This document shows positions 13,001-25,499 of a DNA stretch of 64,000 nt, piece by piece. This stretch comes from Azolla caroliniana (Eukaryota; Plantae; Polypodiophyta), in NCBI GenBank assembly GCA_043228905.1, contig JBHGNT010000021.1, positions 2,232,001 through 2,296,000 on the forward strand. Reading direction: 5' to 3'. The translations under genes were made by a program, and so were the position numbers. The notes beneath the pieces are model-generated. The model had not been told where the DNA came from. It ran no database searches and was given only the letters and a program-made list of their open reading frames with translations. How positions within the stretch are numbered: the first letter of the stretch is position 1; every line of letters starts with the position of its first letter.

Positions 13001-15021
13001 GCCTACTGTAGCTAAGGCTGGAAAACATCCACCGAAAGTAGGCAACCTGGGCCATTTAACAAGAATTGCAAATCGGCTGGTTCATGCATCTAGCTTTAAT
13101 TCAGAAATTCAAGCTCACCTACAGGTTGGTCATTCTTTTTTACTTATTTCTAACCCGGAAGTTAAGCTTGATTTTGTCAGTATATTTGTATAGGAAAAAC
13201 CTGAATGGTTGCAATGGCAAGTTGTCCTACAAAGACTTAATTCCACAGAAAATGTGTCTCAATGGACATGTGGGTAAGTGGAAACATCTGAAGTGGGTAA
13301 TGTCTCTGCTTCTGTTTAGTTTGAAGAAATCTGGGGAACTAGATGGCTCTTGTTGAGTAAAATGCCGAAATAAGTTTCTAAAGGAAAGAACAGTTCTTAG
13401 AATTTTCAATATTCATATGTATGATCTGCTTTGCAATTCTAATTGGTTTCAGTCGTCCAACCACCTTGCGTGAGCGTTCTGTGAATAGTGATGAGGATGA
13501 ATATCAGGATAGAGATTATGACATATCGTCACACATAAGTCGTGAAGTTTTAGGCTATCAGATGCAACAGAATGAAGATGAGGTATGTGTACGTGTTTAA
13601 CTTACAGTGTTTTTAACTAATCGTATTTACATTTATTTTCTGAGGCTTATCTTATATTGCAGGAACTTGGGGTATTTGGTAGAGCTGAAGATGTAAGACA
13701 AATACGTTTTGCTAATACTCTTTATACTTCATTGAAATGTCTACGGAGTATTTTAGCTATCAGCAACTTGCAAGTTTTTCGAGTATTTATTTTTCTTATA
13801 GAGCAACACAATGAATCCAGGATATTAATTAACAAAGCCTGTCTTCCTGCACATTTTTATATTTGCTCAAAAGAGATGGGAAAGTTAATAATGAATCTGC
13901 TGCAATACATATTGCGTCCTAGTTTGATACCAACCATGTATATTAAAATTTTCCATTAAATAAGCCAAAACAAGGATGATCCTAGGCATTAATAATTAAA
14001 TTACCATTAAACTAGGAATAGTGATGATCTAACTGAGGTAACTGGTACATGGAATGTCAGATTTCTGTATGCAAAGTCTAGTTTGGACATATCCAGATAG
14101 AAATACTTACAAAGTGCCTAATTGTTATTGCAGGGTGGATATTTTGAGCATGATTCATCTGGAGTTGTTATGTCATCATTGAGGCTTGGTGAAGAACAGG
14201 ACCTGTATGTGATCTTCTTGCCATATTTTAAGTGAAGTTGTAACATTTTCCTTTTTGGCTAGATGCTGACAATCGTGCTGTTTTTAAACAGGCATTCAAA
14301 CGCTGTACCTTCTCCAAACAGCAGAAATATTGATGATAATGAAGTTGCCAGTAGTGATGAAGATTTAGTTGATACTGCTAGCTCTTCTAACACATTTTTC
14401 TCCGTTCATCTTGAGGAGAATTTTGCTACAACTAGTGAGGCGGCAAATGAAAGTGAGATGGAAACTTCAGTATACAACTTTAGTGCAAGCATTGATAAAT
14501 TTGATACTTCAGCATATTATAAAGATGAGAATATTGCCACAGATTCATTATCTGTCCGGTCACCAGAATGGACTAGTTGGCAGGAGCCAACAATCTCATT
14601 TAGTGATAATAATACTCTCAAAGATGCCGTGAGAGGAGAATTTGTAGTCGAAACCACCACCAGCCAAATGCTTACAATGGCAAACGAAGATGTACAAATG
14701 ACCACTGTATCAGATGAATTCAATGTAAAACCAGACAACAATGTTGGGATTGAGAGAACCTCCCAACAAACAGCTGAGGCACTATTTGATGAGAAAATAG
14801 ATTGTGTTCAAGTGGAGATTGAAGGTAAGGCTATCGACCATGCATTGCAAGAAGGCCACAATGGAGAGTCTGGCCCTAATTCTCCAACCAATAGTCCTTC
14901 TTTACAGGAACTAGAAGATAGAAAAAATTGTGAAGCTACTACGGGAGACACAAACTTCACTGATGTAAATTACTGGAGAACCAATTATGATGATTCTAAA
15001 GCTGAAGTTGAGTCGCTATAA
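1003..15021 (+). CDS. SIT4 phosphatase-associated (SAPS) family protein / PP6 regulatory subunit; first exon upstream of window
   Basis: GT-AG exons 1003-1106, 1209-1295, 1389-1464, 3651-3725, 3798-3851, 4932-4991, 5156-5272, 5352-5446, 5585-5784, 6431-6528, 12498-12601, 12687-12852, 13002-13124, 13194-13273, 13453-13582, 13663-13692, 14134-14204, 14292-15021 join in frame (2400 nt). Family motifs: FTLEELLDEDDLIQECK, KFPFISCEIF, LLAGYFSKV, TTYGELCPPLGIHRLKI, YPFNNFLHHHVE, GNLGHLTRIAN, acidic tail with FTDVNYWR. Confidence 0.93.
2640..3610 (+). mobile_element. Degenerate RTE-clade LINE 3' portion (family B) in SAPS intron
   Basis: Remnant IAIAQV-MSS---LEVG and EERIC-LC-Q----EEH motifs (2930-3070). 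3330-3610 is homologous to the reverse complement of 47020-47380 and, in part, 45860-45950. Terminal hairpin TATAGGCCA-TTT-TGACCTATA at 3580-3600. Confidence 0.5.
6725..6950. mobile_element. Possible LTR remnant with adjacent polypurine tract
   Basis: GAGAGTGGGGG (6725-6735) followed by TGTGATCAA...TTGACCACA (6736-6950; 8/9 inverted termini, TG..CA). No TSD found. Confidence 0.3.
7595..10725 (-). pseudogene. Frameshifted copia gag-pol with internal RT/RNase H deletion
   Basis: Split over ORFs 10445-10654, 10249-10491, 9856-10245, 9504-10151, 9232-9630, 8853-9308, 7595-8911. RT breaks near 7650 and joins an RNase H-like end (LPRNAINQLLGRLNV*). Confidence 0.85.
10994..11444 (-). repeat. 5' LTR of copia element (451 bp)
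   Basis: 10994-11213 nearly identical to 7361-7581. Internal ~34-bp tandem repeat AAGGCATTTAAAGCATTGCAGATTCTAGAGAGAG (~11296-11366). Adjacent to PBS. Confidence 0.9.
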
Positions 15022-17204
15022 AAGGATCATCATGGATTGTGGGTTCTTCTTGCTATATCAGAGGTTCACTATTGTCTAAAATGAAGATATCGGAGGTTCT
15101 TTATTGTCTTTCTTCGTTTCTATAGCTTGTAATTAGTTTTAACTTTTCATGTGCATCAAAAATGGAATCATATGCAATTCATCAAAAATGGGAAGCAGCA
15201 AAATGGATGTTTCAAAACTGCCTCTTTTTGGCATATTGCTGGAGACAGCCTTACAGAAAGGAGTCTTTCATCTCAAGGGAAAGGAGCATTTGTTTCAATG
15301 CATTGACAAAGGCTTCGCTGCTTTTCTCGTAATATTTGTATCCGACATTCTTTTATTATAACACTAAAATTCCAAAGCTAGCCCTAAAAACAAATCCACT
15401 TTTTGATCATTCTCAGCTTAACAAAACAATATCAGCAGTAAAGATGTCTTCTTTGTTTAGATTAAATAAATGTGAATCTATCAACTGTGTTAGATATTAC
15501 ACAGATGTAAAACAAGTACTAATGGAATAGTTCAAAAATGTATCCAATAGCAATGTTAAATGGCGTCTTTCCATTCAATACTTTTGATTATTTTGATTGG
15601 ATAAAAAGTAATTGATTACATTTGCAGCCACTACAAAAAAGTCCACTGAATGAAGACACAACGTCATGTTCTATTCAGGAGGCTCGCATTCCAACTTGTC
15701 TCACTGAGAAGCTCATCCATTTCTTCAATCAACCATCCACACCTTTTCATACGTGATCCTGTGATATCTCACTGTGGAAGGGGAATTAAACTAAACTAAT
15801 GCTACTGATAAGGTTGTGAGGTATGACTTTTAACAGAAGTGCTGAACAAATTAATCTATAATTATAGTTCTTGTTTGCAAAGTGGTTTTTCCAACATTGC
15901 CATTTTCTATATTGTTGCTACTCCGCATTTAAAAATGTAGCTATGCTTAAAAAGAGTAAACATAGTGATAATAACACAAAAGGATAAATATAGAGTATTA
16001 ACACAAAATTGACAGCTAAGGACTTGTCACTATGCATGCACTTTAAAACTGTCTTTGATAGTTTTTGAGTTCATAATTGGATACAACTATTATCACCCTT
16101 GTCATAAGTAATATGACAAATTTGTATATGTTAGCAAACGTTCAACTAGTAGAACTTTCGAGATTAGATGTATCATGATAGAGGACGTAAAGAGTATAGA
16201 GCATGTTAATAAATTTTCATATGAATGTTGATCCTTTTCGTATGAATATTGATCCCATGATGCATCATGGGACTGTTAGCATATTGCTTTCTAATATTTG
16301 GATACAGTATGATTTGGCTATAAGACAAATTGCATATATGCAATCAAATTCAACAAGTGGAACTTACCATATATATTACAGTTGTCTAGAGGATGTGGAA
16401 ACAAGCATCTGAAAATGCAATAGCGTCTTAGTGTTGTGATTGGTATGTAAATTCTTGGTCTTGTATGAACTCCCAATACAACTAAATGTGGAGGTTCAAA
16501 GAAAAGTTCTTACTCATTTGCACTTGGGATAAATCATAGCAAAAAGAGATACTGAGATGCTGAAAGCCCTGATCCCTAATGAAAATACATCACTTAGGGC
16601 TGAGGAACAGAGTTGTAGCATGGAAGGATCTTGAAATATGGTTCTGACGTATACTTGCTTGTTAACAACAATTTATAAGACACTGAGACACCCATGAAGA
16701 TAAGGATGCAAGTGTATCTAAGATTCTAATAAAATCAAATTACCATATTTGAACACCTAGGATACCTCACTAAATAAATCAATCCTTTTAGCAAGCAACC
16801 AGCCATACAATTCACTTCATTAAATATCACCAAAAATCCCTTGGATAACCACCTAGGATATCTCACTAAATTAATCCTTTTTGCAAACAATCAGTGATAC
16901 AATTCAAAGCATAAAATATCACCGAAATCCCTTTTCTAGTATACATGTGTCCAATTAACAGTACCACATTAGGCTAAAAAACTTACATGTGGCCCGGACA
17001 TTATAAGAAATTAAACCTTAAGATTGTCAAACTCCACATAATACTGAAATAGGTCAAATCAAATGAATCAAATGAAATACTCAATATGAAATTGGTGGCC
17101 TCAATAATGCCAAATGTCTAGCCTAGTTGCCTCAGGAACTTAACCACTCTTATCTCTTGTTAGTCTGGAAGACATTCCACTCACAAGTTTAGCTTTAAAT
17201 ATTC

Positions 17205-20200
17205 TCATTTCGGGGTATTCACTTCCTCCCATGCTTCAATCCAAGTAACCATTGCATCTCCAAGTTTAGTAAAATAAGGATCCATGGGTGTGAGCTTCTC
17301 CTTGACAAGCTTCGAGAGCTCGATATAGCATTGTGAAACTGTAGTACAATCTTTCGGTAGCTTTATTCCTTGGAAGAAAGGAATAATCTCTTCCTGCCAA
17401 AAGATCCCCTTGTATTCCTTCTTGAGGTTTACAAAGGGATTGCTTGCTTTGCTATGCCAAATGTAAGGAAGCCCAGTTTTCACACCATAACCCAAATGGT
17501 CACAAATCACCTGTGAAAAGATTTCATGGTGAGAAAGCAGTACTTGTATTATATGTTTCATGGTGAAAAAACATGTTATATCTGAAGTCCAACATATGCA
17601 TTGATTGCATTCTCACAAAATTTAATTTACATGTGAAATGATGAGAAACAAAATGATCTCGATAGTAAAAAAATACCTTGCAGCACCAACCCGCCCACAT
17701 ATCGTCATAGCGGCCAATAGGTTGCCCATCTCCCATGAGGCCAAAGTACATGGCTTGACCTATGAGTTCTCTATTGAAGGCCAAGTTCATTCCACACAGA
17801 GGAAATAAGGTGCCCTTTGGAATGGTCATAACTGCATCAACATATCTACAAGTACAAAACGTTAATGAGTCATAAGAAATATTTAAAAGTGTATTACATC
17901 ACAAAACCTAAGCTAAGATTCCAAAGTTTCTATCCCAAAGCTGGTTATTAGTCCCATCTTTGGACCTCACTTTGTACAAAATGTCTATGGCACTATAAAA
18001 TTATTAAGTATATCGATGGGACAACACATAATATTAGGGGAAAGGAAAACAAAGTAAAAGATTTATATAGGCTATTTCTTTTATCACAGAAATATGCTAA
18101 GATTTTAAAAAAATCTATCTCAAAATTTGCAGCGATTTTGTAATCCATGTAGTCATTATACCTCATTTATAAAGAATATTGATGGGATGATACATAATAT
18201 CAGCACAAACTATAAAAGCAGGTATAGCTTTTTCTTTCATCACAGACTTTGTAAATCTAAACCAAGACTTATTATATCTTTATCCCCATTATCTCCTCAT
18301 TACTCCCGAGTTTAAGTTTATATGAATGAACCACAAAAGGGTATACCTCGTATTGCGCTCTGCCGGCTTCACTAATTGTGTTGGGGCATCATAATCAGGA
18401 ATGTTCATCCAGAGACCATGAGATATGGCCGTTGGAACACCCTCCCTAAGACTAAAGGGATAACCACGTACAAAATCTGCACCTTCTCGATATGGGTCAT
18501 AAAGCGTATTGAAAAATAAGGGGGTGGAAGGCGATAGCAAATTTTTTATGTGCTGTTCCAAAGCATTGATGTCTGTGCCTGATGGATCCTTCGCTACCTG
18601 AATTAATTAACAGGATATGAGAAAACCACAAGAAAAAACACGCATGAGAATTGCATAACAATAAGTTTCGGTGTCGCTATCAATGAAGTAATCAATTCCA
18701 ATCATCTTCATTAAATATGACCAATAGAAGCCATAGAGATCAACTATCCACTAACCATAATCTGCCTAGGCGAAGCCATTTATATTTCCACACTACGCCC
18801 AGTTTTGGATGGGGATAGCAATCCACGTGCATAAATAACATGAACCATTTGACAAAATATGCAAGCATTGAGAAAGTATGGTTCATAACCTCAAAATTTA
18901 CACTAAGTTGCCACCCTGAACCATATATAGTGCACTGTAATATAAATGGCTACCAAACCAAAGTTCTTCTTTTGAACTTTCAAGAGGGCTTGAATATTCA
19001 TGGATTATTATATGATAATCTTTAATGCAGCTCAGATTGCAGAAAGAATTGGATGGTAGAATTTCGAATTCCAAAAATTCAGAAATTATGAAACCCAATG
19101 TGGCAATACTTAGAGGATCCAAATATGATGAATATTTTTCATATGTGTCCATATGCAGATATTGACTAATATTAAGGTTAAGTGAGTGTACATAACAATA
19201 ATAACCATCAAAATATGCAAAATGTTTTTGAGAACCAAGAATCTAAGTTTTTGAATAATGCATTTCCATGTCAAAACATTGTGTAGATATATTTCGTAAT
19301 CATCATATATGTGTGCACGTAAAATAAGCAACCATCAAAATATGCAAAATTGTGTAATTCAGCATGATTGAGCATGCAGTAATCTGTATTCTCAATAATT
19401 ATATTGACTCTTATTGAGGTTAAGTGAGTGTACATAACACTAATAACCATCAAAATACACAAAAGGTGCATTGGGAAGATCGAGAACCAAGAATCTAAGT
19501 TCTCCGACTAATGCATTTATGTCAATATATTGTATAGATGTACTTTGCCAACATCATAGGTGTGCACACAAAATAAGCAGACATCAGACTTCGTATAAAC
19601 ATGTAATTCAGCATGATTGAGATCACAGTAATCTGAGTTCTTTTGTGTAATCTGATTTGTCAAACCATTTATTAAGTCACATTCCTTTACATAACACATT
19701 AATCTAACTTCAGCACACGAACAACTCTAAACTAACTTCTGTGCACAAACAAATACAATCTATCCTCCTTTTTGCATTAACACATCTTATCTAACTTCTA
19801 CACACGAACAAATCTAATCTAGCTTCTATCCACACACAAATCTAATCTATCTTTTCCACATTAACACATACAGTTTAACTACTTCGCATTAACACATCTA
19901 ATCCAATTTCTTTGCATAGTGTATCTACCTACTTAACCTCTTTACATAAAACTGTTCTAACAGGCATTTTCTGTATAACACATATCTAAACTATTGTTTC
20001 TTTGCCTAAACACATGGAACCTAACCCATTTCATAGCACACATCTAATTCACGTTTATTTGTATAACTTCTTCCCATGAAGATACATTCATAGATCGGCA
20101 CATATTGATAGACCGAAACACGTTGTAATTTGTACTTACGAAGCAATCGTCATCGATAGTATATATATACTTCTTCTTGGACATCATGTAGCCGAAGCAT

Positions 20201-20436
20201 CGGCAAGCACTATCCTTGTACGATATGCAAGAAGCCTTGGGGCCAAGAATCCGATTGATATCATTTCGGTTGTATAGCTCATAATCGAAACCTTCGGGGA
20301 CATTAATGACCTTGGTTGGATCTCCATCTTGCACGATGATGAGATGGTAAGGCTGGAAGAATGGTCTCCACATCTCTAAGAAATCCAAATTTCGGATGGT
20401 CGGAATCACTATGTCAAGCTCGTCCTTGAGCGCCAT
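17205..20436 (-). CDS. RGP1: Reversibly glycosylated polypeptide / UDP-arabinopyranose mutase (GT75), 340 aa
   Basis: Exons 20436-20140, 18597-18347, 17845-17677, 17510-17205 (1023 nt, in frame). [77 protein letters not shown]. Confidence 0.97.
19161..19640. repeat. Degenerate ~245-bp tandem duplication in RGP intron 1
   Basis: ATTGACT..GGTTAAGTGAGTGTACATAACA..GAGAACCAAGAATCTAAGTT at 19161 and 19403; TAATTCAGCATGATTGAG in both units. Confidence 0.7.
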
Positions 20437-20507
20437 TGATGGATAAGTATATCTTGAGAGGATTTTGTTTTCTTGTCCTTGTTTTTGGACTTGATTTCAA
20501 AGTTTTT

Positions 20508-21061
20508 CTGCAAAGGAACAATGGTTAGATCTGATGAAATCTGATACGAAAACGGATTACATCTGAGGGATCAGAACAAAGAAAAATGAATACAGAATCA
20601 TAAAATGATTTTTAGGCATTTCGATCATAACTATCAGTGCACAAATATTTCTAAATTCCGTATGAAGGACAAAGTACAGATCTGAGGAAGCCGAACGAGA
20701 AAAGTTTGGAAACATGAGAAAGGATAGGGAATTTCAAGATAGGAGGAAGGATGTGAATTTTGTGAATGAAAGGAAGAAAAAAGTACACGAAAAGCGAATT
20801 TCAGAGAAAACGGGAGCAAAGAGAAACATGAAAGGATGGAATTCGGACCATGAAAAGAGGAAAGGGAACCAAAACCGTCAGGGAAAAGTGACGAGAAATG
20901 CACGAAAGTTAATCCATTTCTGAGAAGTCCGACAGAGAGAGAGAGAGAGAGAGAACACGAAAGATCGGTGTGCTTACACTGATTAATACCGATTCGATGT
21001 TGATCTACATGAGAGAGAGGGAGAGAGGGAGAGGAAAGAAGGGGAAGAAGTGTTTGTTTAC
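20508..21061 (-). other. Probable 5'-UTR intron of RGP gene
   Basis: Minus-strand donor CAG|GTAAAC at 21061 and acceptor TTTGCAG ending 20508, 72 nt upstream of the ATG. CT-rich leader beyond it. Confidence 0.5.
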
Positions 21062-21483
21062 CTGAAAAGGAAATATAACTTCTGTGCTGAAGCTTCTCTG
21101 TGTGTCTGTGTGGTTTCTGCCACAGAGAGAGAGAGAGACAGACAGAGAGACGTTGAGAATTTCTTCTGTGTTAAGCCGAGCCGTTAACAGAGAGAAAGAG
21201 AAAGGAATGTGTGTGTATGTGTGTGTGTGTGTGTGTGAGGGGGAGGACCGTTTCTCCTCCTCACAGTGGTGGGGGCTCGCCGTTTCGCCGTTTCGCCGTT
21301 TCTTTTGTTTTTACTGCGGCTCCGTTTCCTCTTTCTTGAAGGTTGGCTTTGGGATGAGACTGCGTTTCCTCTCTCTCTCTCTCTCTCTCTGTCTCTTTCA
21401 CTTTAGAAGACGTTAATACATATATCTTTCTCTCTCTCTCTCTCTCTCCCTCCCTCTTCATTTTTCAACTCATTAGTTGTAAT

Positions 21484-21550
21484 TAGCTTACCCTAGTGGG
21501 TAGTCGTTGACATTACTAGCCCTAGATCTTGGGTTCGAAACCCGATTTTC
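21484..21550 (+). mobile_element. tRNA-derived SINE head (Pol III box A/box B)
   Basis: Box A-like TACCCTAGTGG (21489-21499) and box B GGTTCGAAACC (21532-21542) at tRNA-like spacing. No intact cloverleaf. Confidence 0.45.
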
Positions 21551-21639
21551 TCACCTCTCTATGATTACTCGATACATATCTCTCTTATTTCACTAGATAC
21601 ATACATATATCTCTTATTTGGCATCTCTTATTTCACTAG

Positions 21640-21890
21640 ATGCCACTGTGGAATGCAGGGGGTGGTTGAACCCGTGTGACCACCTAGTCTCCTTTGAGCA
21701 ACCTTACCAATCCTTGCACAAATTCCTCTCACAACCACAATGTGCGTGCTCTCGAATTGCAACATTCATTGGTAAAGTTCTTGAACACCGAGAGTCGCTA
21801 CGCACTTTCACACGTATCACGTGAAATGTAATATTTCTGGCCTCATAGGTCATATTTGACCTCCGGAGATGATAATATAATCTATCTATC
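21640..21890 (+). mobile_element. RTE-clade LINE 3' end (family A)
   Basis: Reverse-complement match to 46310-46460 (GTTCTTGAACA.CGAGAGTCGCTA..., GTGAAATGTAATATTT). Hairpin AGGTCA-TATT-TGACCT at 21847-21862 and (TCTA)n tail. Confidence 0.75.
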
Positions 21891-22857
21891 TTTGTGGCCG
21901 ATTCCGGAGGAGTCTTGTCAATGACCCCCCCCCCCCCCCCCTTGCCTGACTCCTGCTTGCTTGTATCGCTCGATTCTGCACGCGGGGGTCACTTCATCCA
22001 GACTAACCGCAGACCAAGACTGTTGGGGCACCCTCGATCAGCGTTGGCTCGCCTAGCTATATAGACTTGGATCTTAAACCGTTTGTGTTCCAAGAAAAAA
22101 AAAACCCAGATGTCTCTCTTTTAGCTTTGCCGCAAGATCAAATCCGTAATTGGTAAAAGGTGGGGAGAATTGCACAAACGTGAAAGGTAAAAACCAAGCA
22201 TGGAGGAGCCGAGGTTTTTTAATTTTCTGAATGTAACCGATTGTTCTTTCGTGCAACTGTTTGCTTTTTGTCTTTTTCTGTGGAGTTTGTATTATAGCGA
22301 CTTCGTTAAAAAAGGTGGAAAAGCTGGACAATGTGAAAATGATGGGGATTAAGTTGTGAATTTGTGGGAGTGTGTAATTTTTCGAGGACACAATTTGTCA
22401 GCCTTTTATGGGTCATTAGATCTAGCGATCGTAAATAGTTGATGATGTGCAAGTCATTTTGTCATTTCTCAAAATGTTGGATTGGATGGTAAAATTTTGG
22501 GAAGGCTAGTCAATGAGGGGATCGATGGTCAAGTATAGAGCACGTGTTTTTTAATTTAACAACTTATTATTTGTAATCTCAATGAGTTTCTCTTTTTCAA
22601 GGTCATTTGATCATGTCCTTCAAAAGGTGAGAAGGTGATTCATCGTGGAAAGCAATCGGGATCAATTATCCAATATGGATTGTGTGTGCTCTCAAATGTA
22701 ATGTCTTGTTATTCCTGTGTTGTCAATCTTTTTAAGGGTTCCAATATTAGGTGGAAAGGTTGGGATTTGTGAAAAATGACCAAGTGTTTGATAATATAAC
22801 AGTGTTCTAGTAAGTCATGTATGAGAAACCTTTCATACATTTTTTGTTATTGTCAAG

Positions 22858-23895
22858 TTTTTTTTTTCCAAAAACAAACTCCTTCCATTAGTTTTTAAAT
22901 TTTACAAATGAGATTATTATGTACAAATCCCTGTAGGGACGCGATAGTTCCATCTTATGTGGATGCCCACTAACTCAAGAAAGGGAGAGGACAACCATTG
23001 TTGCATGAAGGCTATTCGTTGTCTTTCAACTCCATCGGAGATGCCCTTGAGGCCATCATATTGGCTCTTTAGAGTGGCTACAATTTCACTCCATATCTCT
23101 TGCAGTAACATTGTTGGATTCGCGGTTTGGTTGGAGAAGACCCGTATACACCGTTGTTTCCATAGAATCCAAAGAGTTATTGGGTTGACCAATTCCAACA
23201 CAACTTGAGATTTGTCATTAAGAGGAGTTGAATGGACATTGTCGATGGTGGAGGAAAAAACCTCTTGTGCTTTTATCACCAAAGTCATCCCCTCCTCTTG
23301 ATGCTCGTATCTACCAACTGGGGTCTGCCATGATAACCAACATATATTTCCCCACTTGATTGAGCCTTGCACCTGGCATAATTGCAACAAGCGGCCAAAC
23401 CCCCGCCATATTCGATGGGACGCTGGGCAGTCCCACAGAGCGTGTCGTATTGATTCTATTGCATTTGGACACTCTACACAATTAGGAGAGCTAAGGTTCC
23501 CATGTTGCCATGCTCCCATCGATAGTGACTTATGTATTAAAGCCATTGGAACATGGTAATTCGCCTCGCGTGTGGTTGTTTCCATATTTTCTGGCAAAAC
23601 TCGGTGATAATTGTGTGAGGAACTTGATATGTGTGCCAGACCTTTGCAGTAGCCGGCTCTCGGGCAGTTTGAGCAGCTAGGATGTGGCGACCCAATCTAG
23701 TTGTGAATTGGAAGAAAGGGATGGGTTTGCTTCCTTGCTCCACATAAGGATCACACCATGTTCCTTGCAAAGGGTCCCAACTAACCTTACGTAGCCATGT
23801 GTTTGCATGAGTACATATGTGCCAATCGGGTTGTACTTTGATCGGATCAGGATCTATAATCCATTTATGACCAATATACGCCAGTACTCGAATGT
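22858..23895 (-). mobile_element. 5'-truncated L1-clade LINE (ORF2 C-terminus plus poly(A))
   Basis: ORF 22917-23597 with CCHC finger CVECPNAIESIRHALWDC and LWILWKQRC motif. Poly(T) at 22858-22867 on the + strand. 23401-23893 is homologous to 27972-28464. Confidence 0.85.
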
Positions 23896-24039
23896 TTACA
23901 AGACATATATGTTCCTACGCCCATGTCTATGCATGAATAAGATGAAGAGAAACTATATCATATATCCCTTGATGATATCTACTTGAGCATCATCCTCTTT
24001 GGATGATGTGTTACTTTTCCTATTTAGTGAACCCTCTAG

Positions 24040-25000
24040 ATTCACCAAAGTTGTAAAGGGAAATGAAGCAAAGCAGAAAATGGATTTTGAGATTTAAGTT
24101 CCTCTTTTAAAACAAACACGTCCAAATTGCAATTTGTATCGAACAACGTCATGGTGTTGAAATTGGTGATATATTTCCTCTCCTCATCAAGATCTCAACT
24201 AATATTTCTTTCATTGCACTTTCTTGCCATGCTTGATAAGGAACTTGTGCATTGGGATGAAAAGCCCACACAAGCCTGGAAGACAATTTAAATGATAACT
24301 CTACATGCAAAAACTGATACGTTTCATCATTCTAGGAAAGAAACATTTTGTGAGGGGGTTGAAAAGAGCTTTTATGTAGGAATCGGCAACGGCTCGGTTC
24401 AAGCTTGAAACAAACCGTAAATTCAATTTAGTTCACTTTAGGCTTGAGATTCCTTAAGCGGTTTGAGCTCAATTTGGGATGGCTCAAGCCAAACCGGTTA
24501 AGGCTTAATCGGCTTGGTTAAATCGGTTCCTAAACAGATTTAGGCTTAACTAGTTTGGCCAAACCTTTTAAGTCGAAACCGAACCGTTGTTGATTCCTAC
24601 TTCTAAAAGCTCAAACAAGGACCTCAAGAATGTTATCCAAGCTCAACCATGCCCTCCAATGGCTACTCCCAAGATTATGAATACCAAGAAGGCTTTGTTT
24701 GGAGATTTCATCATCCTCAATTATTTGTGGACGATATGTTGATGGGTATTCGTTACAAGAGTAAAGCTTAAGCTTGATGAACTAAGCTAACAAAAGGATT
24801 AGTTGAAGAACTCACACGATGCTAAGCATACCTTTGCATGTGGATTAAGATTTACGTAGAGTAAAGAAATTGTTGTGCTTCTCACCACATGAATATACTT
24901 TGAGAACTTCCTCAAGCATCTTTATATACGTGATAATACACATCCATTTGTCCATTTGCTTACATGTGTAAATCTTAACAACCAACAAACCTTCATGCAC
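24040..25000 (+). mobile_element. Highly degenerate copia RT remnant, split by a MITE
   Basis: LKRA-Y|..LKQGP (KALYGLKQAP motif) interrupted at 24377-24599; downstream LFVDDML (YVDD) near 24720-24745. Confidence 0.5.
24377..24599. mobile_element. hAT-type MITE
   Basis: TIRs TAGGAATCGGCAACGGCTCGGTT / AACCGAACCGTTGTTGATTCCTA and internal AAACCG motifs. Degenerate 8-bp flanks CTTTTATG / CTTCTAAA. Confidence 0.7.
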
Positions 25001-25499
25001 TTGCATGCACTAATTAACCAAGGATTCCTATTGATAGCAATAATATGTCTAACCATGCCTTTACACTAGTTAGAGCAATTCTTCAAAGGACATCCTATCG
25101 TCTTTCCCCAAGCTAATTGTCCCTGATTTAATAATTATTATTGGTGATGTAAAAACTATATCCTCTATAACTTTACACTAGGAGGAGCAAATTCTCAATG
25201 CACATCCTTGATTCTTTGGATAAGTGTGTTTAATTTGATATATGAAACCTTTGTTTTTTTTTCAAAATGAAGCTACTTTCCCATTAGTTAGGAATGATTA
25301 TTACAAAGAGACTATACAAGGAGGCTTTACACAAAACGGGGAATCTCCCTCCGATCAAGTTCAAGAAAATGAGACTACTTACATAGCCTTTCAAACTGAC
25401 TACCTAAAGTATATGAAACCTTTGTTTTAGCATATGAGACTAAGTTATACACTTTGATGCTCACTTTTGAAAAAAGTATACATATTTTATAATAAGGTA

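Noticed and set aside
21484-21560. Functional tRNA gene
   Set aside because: Only box A/B remnants; no acceptor or anticodon stems could be folded.
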